Positions 57,675 to 64,000 of a DNA stretch of 64,000 nucleotides are shown piece by piece. Within the stretch, counting starts at the first letter, position 1. Every line of letters starts with the position of its first letter. A model generated the notes under the pieces. That model was not told the DNA's origin, made no database searches, and was given only the letters and a program-made list of their open reading frames with translations. The stretch is from sequence record PP216085. The stretch is one strand, 5' to 3'. This DNA is from Escherichia phage vB_EcoM_HZ_ZJUN4. A program made the position numbers and the translations under genes.

Positions 57675-58310
57675 ATGTCTAAAGTAACTTACATCATCAA
57701 AGCTTCTAACGATGTTCTGAATGAAAAAACTGCTGCGATTTTAATTACCATTGCTAAGAAAGATTTCATTACAGCTGCAGAAGTTCGTGAGGTGCATCTA
57801 GATTTAGGTAACGCAGTAGTTAATAGTAATATTGGGGTATTGATTAAAAAAGGCCTGGTGGAGAAATCTGGTGATGGATTAATCATTACAGGTGAAGCTC
57901 AGGATATTATTTCAAATGCAGCAACTTTATACGCACAGGAAAATGCTCCTGAACTGTTGAAAAAACGAGCAACACGTAAAGCTCGCGAGATTACTTCCGA
58001 TATGGAAGAAGATAAAGACTTCATGTTAAAACTTTTAGATGAAAATGGATTTGTTCTTAAAAAAGTTGAAACTTATCGTAGTAACTATCTCGCTATTTTA
58101 GAAAAACGCACTCACGGAATTCGCAATTTTGAAATTAACAACAATGGAAATATGCGAATTTTTGGATACAAAATGATGGAACATCATATTCAGAAATTTA
58201 CTGATATTGGAATGTCATGTAAAATCGCTAAAAACGGTAATGTGTATCTTGACATTAAACGCTCGGCAGAAAACATTGAAGCTGTAATCACCGTAGCATC
58301 TGAACTGTGA
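57675..58310 (+). CDS. motA: middle-transcription activator MotA
   Basis: 211 aa MSKVTYIIKASNDVLNEKTAAILITIAKKDFITAAEVREVH...; matches recalled T4 MotA. Confidence 0.85.
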   Translation: MSKVTYIIKASNDVLNEKTAAILITIAKKDFITAAEVREVHLDLGNAVVNSNIGVLIKKGLVEKSGDGLIITGEAQDIISNAATLYAQENAPELLKKRATRKAREITSDMEEDKDFMLKLLDENGFVLKKVETYRSNYLAILEKRTHGIRNFEINNNGNMRIFGYKMMEHHIQKFTDIGMSCKIAKNGNVYLDIKRSAENIEAVITVASEL

Positions 58311-58320
58311 GGAATAAATA

Positions 58321-58650
58321 ATGAACAAGTTAGAAATTATCAATGAACTTCGTCGCTGTGCAGAACCCACTCAAGAGGGGTGGGACATCTGGTACCATGG
58401 AGCTTATCTTGGAACCATCGTAAAGATTAAGACTGGCAAATACATGATTATTCGTGAAAGTAAAGATGCTCCAGTAGGTATTCGCAATAATTTCATGGCA
58501 GCGATAAGTTCCTTTACGGATTCAGCTTACGAAATTTACCTTGCTGATTATAAAGAATTCCAGGAATCTCAATCAGTTATTCGCTCAATTGGTGTTAACA
58601 AAGCTCAACAGAAAACCTTGTGGCAACGTATTAAAGGATGGTTTAAATGA
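58321..58650 (+). CDS. hypothetical protein
   Basis: Track ORF, 109 aa. Confidence 0.5.
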   Translation: MNKLEIINELRRCAEPTQEGWDIWYHGAYLGTIVKIKTGKYMIIRESKDAPVGIRNNFMAAISSFTDSAYEIYLADYKEFQESQSVIRSIGVNKAQQKTLWQRIKGWFK

Positions 58651-59108
58651 ACCCATTTATTAATCGTTTAAAAATGCTGAATGTTCCTTTATCTCGTGAA
58701 ACTCCAGAAAGTCTTGTTGAAAAATTTAAAGCGCATGGTTATAAATGCACAGAAGAAGATATTCTTGCAGAAGTTCCTGAAATCTGTTGGCAGTCTGCAT
58801 ACTGGGATGAAAACCAAAAGTATCAACGACGAATTGTTTGCGCAGCCAACCGTTTTAAATTAAAAGATGGACGAACTCTTGTTATTCCAGGTGCTCGTCA
58901 TTATTCTAAAGACATGGCAGCAGTTTTAGATGTAGTTAAACCTCAATTAGTTACTCAGCAAGTTTGTGATGATGACCAAGGGTTTATTGACCAATATAGT
59001 AATTATTGGACACGTGAAGAAGCAATGATTATTGCAACTTACGCTGGACAAGTACGCATTGAACGTGGTGGTAGTGAAAAAGAACTTTACTCTGAGGACC
59101 TTTACTAA
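58647..59108 (+). CDS. hypothetical protein
   Basis: Track ORF, 153 aa, ATGA overlap. Confidence 0.5.
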   Translation: MNPFINRLKMLNVPLSRETPESLVEKFKAHGYKCTEEDILAEVPEICWQSAYWDENQKYQRRIVCAANRFKLKDGRTLVIPGARHYSKDMAAVLDVVKPQLVTQQVCDDDQGFIDQYSNYWTREEAMIIATYAGQVRIERGGSEKELYSEDLY

Positions 59109-59404
59109 TGAATATTAAAAAGTTTCAAATTGACGGAATTATGAATCAAATCCAGGCATTGGAATATGCCAATAAAATGATGTCAACCAAATGGGGAATT
59201 TATGCCAATGAACCGGCATTTCAGTTCTGTAATATGGAATTCACTAAAAAGCTCGTAGGAAAAGATTATGTATGTCCATTTAGTTCTCCAGTAAATGGAA
59301 TGTTAAAGCCTGCTTTACGCGATCTTTATATCGCGATGAACGAAGAGATGATAAAAGAACTAAAACGTCAACTGAAGGTGATTCAATTTGGCCAGGGAAA
59401 TTAA
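59108..59404 (+). CDS. hypothetical protein
   Basis: Track ORF, 98 aa. Confidence 0.5.
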   Translation: MNIKKFQIDGIMNQIQALEYANKMMSTKWGIYANEPAFQFCNMEFTKKLVGKDYVCPFSSPVNGMLKPALRDLYIAMNEEMIKELKRQLKVIQFGQGN

Positions 59405-59606
59405 TTCAAAATCCGATTATTTTAATTCTCTTAATGATAAAGATAAAAATCTAATACGGCATTTTATCGTTGAGATGGGATATACTGATACACGTGATTT
59501 AAGAGAACATATATTTGAATGTGGTGTAGCTAAAAAGTTTTCATTCACATGCAAATGTTTAAGAGAGGTAATTCAGCACTATGAACAATTTAGTCGCAAA
59601 ACATAA
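59388..59606 (+). CDS. hypothetical protein
   Basis: Track ORF with TTG start; 72 aa. Confidence 0.3.
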   Translation: MAREINSKSDYFNSLNDKDKNLIRHFIVEMGYTDTRDLREHIFECGVAKKFSFTCKCLREVIQHYEQFSRKT

Positions 59607-59689
59607 TTTTAATAAAGCTTCTGTCCATAAGGATAAGAAGAAAGCGTTTAAAGAATCTAATCGCAAACAGAAACATAAGGGGAAGGTCT

Positions 59690-59968
59690 ATGATTATTGA
59701 TTCTCAATCTGTGGTTCAATACATAATCAAAATTGACATTCTAGAAAAGCTATATAAGTTTCTACCAAATTTATACCACTCAATTGTCGATGAATTAGTT
59801 GAAGAACTACATCTTGAGAATAATGATTTCTTGGTTGGAACTTATAAAGATAACTCAAAGGCGGGATATTTTTACGTAATTCCAGCTCCAGGAAAAAGTA
59901 TTGATGATGTATTAAAAACTATAATGATTTATGTCCATGATTACGAAATTGAAGATTATTTCGAATGA
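59690..59968 (+). CDS. hypothetical acidic protein (possible Arn anti-restriction protein by position and size)
   Basis: 92 aa acidic ORF just upstream of asiA; assignment by synteny and length only. Confidence 0.45.
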   Translation: MIIDSQSVVQYIIKIDILEKLYKFLPNLYHSIVDELVEELHLENNDFLVGTYKDNSKAGYFYVIPAPGKSIDDVLKTIMIYVHDYEIEDYFE

Positions 59969-60120
59969 GTCATAATCTTGAAATGGTAATCGAGCATAAT
60001 GTAGCTCAGGAACGTGAGTCGTTCAAAGAATTCGTAGAAAAAATTTTTGAAGAAAATAACACAGACCAGTTTACAAATCAAGCGTCTGATGATATTATAA
60101 TAAAGTCAACTAATTGAGTG
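59965..60120 (+). CDS. small acidic protein (51 aa)
   Basis: Not in ORF track; ATGA overlap with preceding ORF. Confidence 0.3.
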
Positions 60121-60129
60121 GTGTAGTTA

Positions 60130-60402
60130 ATGAATAAAAGCATTGATACAGTTCGTGAAATTATTACTGTTGCATCTATTTTGATTAAATTTTCCAGAGA
60201 AGATATTGTTGAGAATCGTGCTAATTTTATTGCATTTCTGAATGAGATTGGAGTAACGCATGAAGGTAGAAAGTTAAATCAGAATTCATTCCGTAAAATT
60301 GTTGCTGAATTAACTCAAGAAGATAAGAAAACCCTCATCGACGAATTCAACGAGGGTTTTGAAGGTGTATATCGATATCTAGAGATGTATACAAACAAAT
60401 AA
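60130..60402 (+). CDS. asiA: anti-sigma-70 factor AsiA
   Basis: 90 aa MNKSIDTVREIITVASILIKFSREDIVENRANFIAFLNEIGVTHEGRKLNQNSFRKIV; matches recalled T4 AsiA. Confidence 0.9.
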   Translation: MNKSIDTVREIITVASILIKFSREDIVENRANFIAFLNEIGVTHEGRKLNQNSFRKIVAELTQEDKKTLIDEFNEGFEGVYRYLEMYTNK

Positions 60403-61059
60403 TTATTTAGCCCTTCCTAATATTCTGGCCGCCTGAGAACATATTGATTCAAGGCGGTCATTACTTATATGATCATTTCTATACCAGTACATGGTTATTG
60501 TTCCAGCATAGATATTATCCAAATTGAAATATGGACAACTGTACATGTAATTTATTTCAGGAGTAGGCTTTTTAGTTGGTAAAAAAGCAAATTTTGAGTC
60601 GGAATAATAATGACGTCCATTTAAATGAACTGTATATTCATCCATAGTTTTATCAACAGGATATCCTCCAAGTGATTTTTCACTTATTGTTGAAGGTAAT
60701 TTTCCTTCATATGCTATAATATCAACAAAATAGTTTAAGTTTTTAGGGCGGAAAGAATACACCGCACTAAAGTCTGCCTCAGATGATATGTGAACTATCT
60801 GGAGTTGTTCCAGGGCGACAGATTCAAAGCGTGCATTTCTTTCCTTTTCAATAATTTCACTGTATGTTTCATACTTTGATTGCTTATAGTACTCAAAGAA
60901 ACTATCTCCCCTATACCAAACAATCGCCATTATAAACAAAAGAATTACGACAGCTACTCGGGAAGCAAGAACCTTCCCGGTAGCGTTATCTTTGAACAAG
61001 CGATCTAGAACACCCAACAGAATATCAGAGGGCGAAAATGATATTCTAGGTGCTGCCAT
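60403..61059 (-). CDS. t: holin T
   Basis: 218 aa MAAPRISFSPSDILLGVLDRLFKDNATGKVLASRVAVVILLFIMAIVWYRGD; single TMD plus large periplasmic domain; matches recalled T4 gpt. Confidence 0.95.
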   Translation of the reverse strand: MAAPRISFSPSDILLGVLDRLFKDNATGKVLASRVAVVILLFIMAIVWYRGDSFFEYYKQSKYETYSEIIEKERNARFESVALEQLQIVHISSEADFSAVYSFRPKNLNYFVDIIAYEGKLPSTISEKSLGGYPVDKTMDEYTVHLNGRHYYSDSKFAFLPTKKPTPEINYMYSCPYFNLDNIYAGTITMYWYRNDHISNDRLESICSQAARILGRAK

Positions 61060-61089
61060 AGACCCTCCTTTTAAGGGTATTTATTCAAA

Positions 61090-61866
61090 TTATACTCTTG
61101 GACCATATATTGCTCCAACGTTTTGCCATGTCGGTGTAGACCCTATGACGGCATAACCGGCAGCTCCGCCATCGTATTCATATCCTTGACCACGAATATT
61201 ACATCTACCTCCCGCTGAACCTACTTCACCGCCGTTTCCACCATTATAGATACCATTCACGGATCCTGAGCCAGGTGCAGAAATAGTACCGCCAGTCGCG
61301 CCTGATTGCATATCAATAGATCCGCCTGGCGCACCAAAAGGACGACCGCCACCGCCGCCAAAGGTCAATCTCATTTGTGAAAAAGGAGAATAATATCCGC
61401 CGCCACCGCCGCCGCCGCCGCCTGCAATAGCTCCGCCATTATTAATTCTTAGTCTCCCACCAATATCGTTTTGAATACAATGACCTCCAGCTGAGCCAGG
61501 ACTATTGCTACCGCCATTACCTCCACGACCATACATCGTTACGCCATGTATATTTAACTGAACATATTCATTTGGTGTATCTCCGTACATGAAGAATAAA
61601 GGAACATCTTTAGAATATGATACTAAATCTCCAGTGATATTAAACACTATAGGTGCACTACCTGCCTCAAAACATCTATCTCGGAACCATTGGCCATTGA
61701 AGTTATGGTCTGCTCCAAGCGTGTGAATTATTTCAACAGACCGCCCGTTCATATTACTCATCCAAAACGGAATACCCATTCTCAATCGTTGGGCGGCGCC
61801 GCCCATCCAATTTTGTCCTGTATTAACTACTGCAGACGATCCTACCCACGGTCCTGTTACTGCCAT
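61090..61866 (-). CDS. 38: long tail fiber adhesin gp38, T2-type with glycine-rich motifs
   Basis: Track ORF 61090..61878 (TTG) trimmed to ATG after GGAGG; polyglycine runs [11 protein letters not shown] and [13 protein letters not shown] separating variable segments. Confidence 0.85.
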   Translation of the reverse strand: MAVTGPWVGSSAVVNTGQNWMGGAAQRLRMGIPFWMSNMNGRSVEIIHTLGADHNFNGQWFRDRCFEAGSAPIVFNITGDLVSYSKDVPLFFMYGDTPNEYVQLNIHGVTMYGRGGNGGSNSPGSAGGHCIQNDIGGRLRINNGGAIAGGGGGGGGGYYSPFSQMRLTFGGGGGRPFGAPGGSIDMQSGATGGTISAPGSGSVNGIYNGGNGGEVGSAGGRCNIRGQGYEYDGGAAGYAVIGSTPTWQNVGAIYGPRV

Positions 61867-61878
61867 ATAAACCTCCAA

Positions 61879-61892
61879 GGGGCCGAAGCCCC
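61879..61892 (-). other. GGGGCUUCGGCCCC hairpin in the 37-38 intergenic region
   Basis: UUCG-loop hairpin between gp37 stop and gp38 RBS; no U-tract. Confidence 0.4.
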
Positions 61893-61897
61893 TCTTA

Positions 61898-64000
61898 TTA
61901 TTTTAACAATGATTTAACTAATGCTTTAAGTTCTTCAATTTCTGATTTAAGTTCCGCAATTTCTGCAGTATGCTCATTGATTGCAGCTGTATTTAAACCA
62001 ATTACGCCGTTATAGTTCAAACGAAGTAAAGCTTCACCATCAGGGTCACCTTCAACTAATTCTGGTAAAATAGCTTGAACTTCTTGAGCTATCAAACCGG
62101 CGTTAGGTTCCCATTTCTGATTGCCTTCTTCATCTAGGCCTCGCTTCTGCATATAAGTGTAACCGTTAATTTTAGAAAGCTTCTCAGAAGCATTTTCAAA
62201 TTTAACAAGGTCTTTTTTAACACGAATATCAGAGCGGACATAAACGTCACGAACAAATGTTGAATAGTTGTCATTCGCCTGAATCAAATGACCATGTGAA
62301 ATAATAGCTTTGTCAACTTCAGTCCATAAAGCAGCACCAACAGACCACAATCCTGGGTGTTCTTGATGGAAAACCCCCCATGACGCAATATGTTGTCCGT
62401 TAGCAAACATGTTAATACGACCATCACCGCCATGGACTAAACCAGTATCATTATCACCGATGGCGATAGATGCTCCGCCCCATACCGGAATTGTACCGAC
62501 ACCCAAGTTAACACCAGCGCGAAGACCAGCCGGAGCTTTAAAATCGCCATTAGCTTGAAACACAAATATTGCATTAGGATGACTGCTATCTCCACTTTCC
62601 GCAGAACCAACACGAATTACTGCATTTCCCCAAGTAGCATCTCCGCCCAATCTAATAATACCAAAATCTGCCTTTGTTGCATATCCTTCGTTAATGATTT
62701 GGCTTCTTCCTTTAATTATAGGCATATAACTATCTTTCGGAACAGATTCACCAAAGTCAACGAAGAATGGGGCTTCTGTTTGCCATTGATTACTATATCC
62801 GTGGCCTTGGGTAGCTGTCCATTGTCTTCCGTTTAAATATAAACGATAAAAATTTAATGAAGCTGCAGTAGCTTGATTTTTAACATTAAAGTCAATATCG
62901 CCTACACTATTAAGAGTAATTCCTGCCGTAGTCTTAAAATTATAAAATGAAGCAGTGTCATCTGCCCCGCCTTTACCGATGTACCATGAATTCGCTCCAC
63001 CTGATGTTCCAAGTAAATAACCAGAATCATTTTCATCGGCAGCAATGTTAATAGCGTCAGAGCCTCTTTTAACGATTAATTTGCCGGTCATCGTATCGCC
63101 TTCTTTAGCAACACGGGAGGCAATAGCATCATGAAGGTTGGTTATATCACCAGCAGAGCTAAATAATTTCCAAATATCAGAGAAGATATTACCATTTCGA
63201 GCAATAGTAGCTTCGCCGCCACCGACCTGTACGTTATCCGGGAAGTTAACTGTACCGTCCTGATTAAAACGAGACGTATGGCCTTGTGAACCATCTTCTT
63301 TCAGATGATGAATAACGAATGTACCCGAATTAATTTCAGTACCTAAAGACCAAACAGCTTTGCCGTTTAAAAACTTCTGTTTAACAATAGGATAATATTT
63401 GCTTATAGCATCATCATCAATTTCCTGGAAAATAGGAGCTGCTTGAACATACTGAATGTCATAACCACCAGCGCCTGCGCCATGACCAGTAAATTTAATA
63501 TAGCCGTTTGCTGCGAACGTATTGTAACTTGATTGTAAATCTGGAATAGTAACTTTACCAGTATCTAAAGCCATACTAAACGGGCGAAGTGGACCGATAT
63601 CACCATATTTACCTTCACCGTAAGCAGTTGGAATAATATGAAGACTTCCTTCTGAACGTCTAAAAATGGCTCCATAATCTGCGTTCCAAATACGAAGAGC
63701 ATTCACTGCTCCAGATGAAATTTCGCCTGTTGTGTGAACTCCTCTATTTCCAGCAGTAACACCGGATGATTCAAATGAACCATTGACGTTCATTTCTACT
63801 TCGCCGGTAGTAAGTCTTTGAATATAGCTCATCCAACTAGTTGCGTCAGAAATTTCCATGACATTTTTACGATTACCTACGCTAGGATTAGTAAACGTAT
63901 TACCCCATACAGAAATTGTCATATTATCAACTGAACTGCTACCAGTTGTGTTACCTCTAAACATCAGCGTAGAAGCATTATTACGACCATCAATATTAAC
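61898..64000 (-). CDS. 37: long tail fiber distal subunit gp37 (C-terminal part; 5' end beyond window)
   Basis: ORF open to the window edge; C-terminal segment SDIRVKKD...[14 protein letters not shown] resembles an intramolecular-chaperone/auto-cleavage domain. Confidence 0.9.
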   Translation of the reverse strand, partial: VNIDGRNNASTLMFRGNTTGSSSVDNMTISVWGNTFTNPSVGNRKNVMEISDATSWMSYIQRLTTGEVEMNVNGSFESSGVTAGNRGVHTTGEISSGAVNALRIWNADYGAIFRRSEGSLHIIPTAYGEGKYGDIGPLRPFSMALDTGKVTIPDLQSSYNTFAANGYIKFTGHGAGAGGYDIQYVQAAPIFQEIDDDAISKYYPIVKQKFLNGKAVWSLGTEINSGTFVIHHLKEDGSQGHTSRFNQDGTVNFPDNVQVGGGEATIARNGNIFSDIWKLFSSAGDITNLHDAIASRVAKEGDTMTGKLIVKRGSDAINIAADENDSGYLLGTSGGANSWYIGKGGADDTASFYNFKTTAGITLNSVGDIDFNVKNQATAASLNFYRLYLNGRQWTATQGHGYSNQWQTEAPFFVDFGESVPKDSYMPIIKGRSQIINEGYATKADFGIIRLGGDATWGNAVIRVGSAESGDSSHPNAIFVFQANGDFKAPAGLRAGVNLGVGTIPVWGGASIAIGDNDTGLVHGGDGRINMFANGQHIASWGVFHQEHPGLWSVGAALWTEVDKAIISHGHLIQANDNYSTFVRDVYVRSDIRVKKDLVKFENASEKLSKINGYTYMQKRGLDEEGNQKWEPNAGLIAQEVQAILPELVEGDPDGEALLRLNYNGVIGLNTAAINEHTAEIAELKSEIEELKALVKSLLK

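Noticed and set aside
61380-61440. GCC/GGC-rich simple repeat on the + strand
   Set aside because: It is the antisense of the polyglycine-coding blocks of gp38, so it is coding sequence rather than a non-coding repeat or CRISPR-like array.

Overview
The window is a contiguous 64-kb segment of a T-even (T4-like) myovirus genome. Gene content, order and many protein sequences match what I recall of phage T4; no search could be run, so all identities rest on memory of T4 proteins, motifs, lengths and synteny. Nearly all genes are on the + strand, in a densely packed early/middle region: four paralogous ORFs, nrdC, 49, nrdD, an HNH endonuclease, nrdG, 55, agt, 47, 46, 45, 44, 62, regA, 43, imm, 42, a GIY-YIG endonuclease, a glycosyltransferase, uvsX, 40, 41, dmd, sp, 61, dam, 56, soc, modB, modA, dda, dexA, 39, mobA, 60, rIIA, rIIB, denB, ndd, stp, ac, 52, motA and asiA. 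The late genes t, 38 and 37 (partial) sit on the - strand at the right end. At least 16 T4-type early promoters and about a dozen GC-stem UUCG-loop hairpins punctuate the region. The genome is mosaic relative to T4: it carries the T4 gene 60 translational-bypass cassette with mobA, but nrdD is intron-less, the beta-gt locus holds a different 280-aa glycosyltransferase, and gp38 is the T2-type glycine-rich adhesin. The most interesting unexplained content is a tandem array of four paralogous coiled-coil-tailed proteins (382-4350), a PD-(D/E)xK-like ORF coupled to dam with a convergent antisense membrane-peptide gene (34046-35690), and near-identical promoter-leader cassettes reused in front of unrelated genes. 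No tRNA, rRNA or CRISPR was found. Coordinates taken from the ORF track are exact; promoters, hairpins and small ORFs not in the track were counted by hand and may be off by 1-2 nt.
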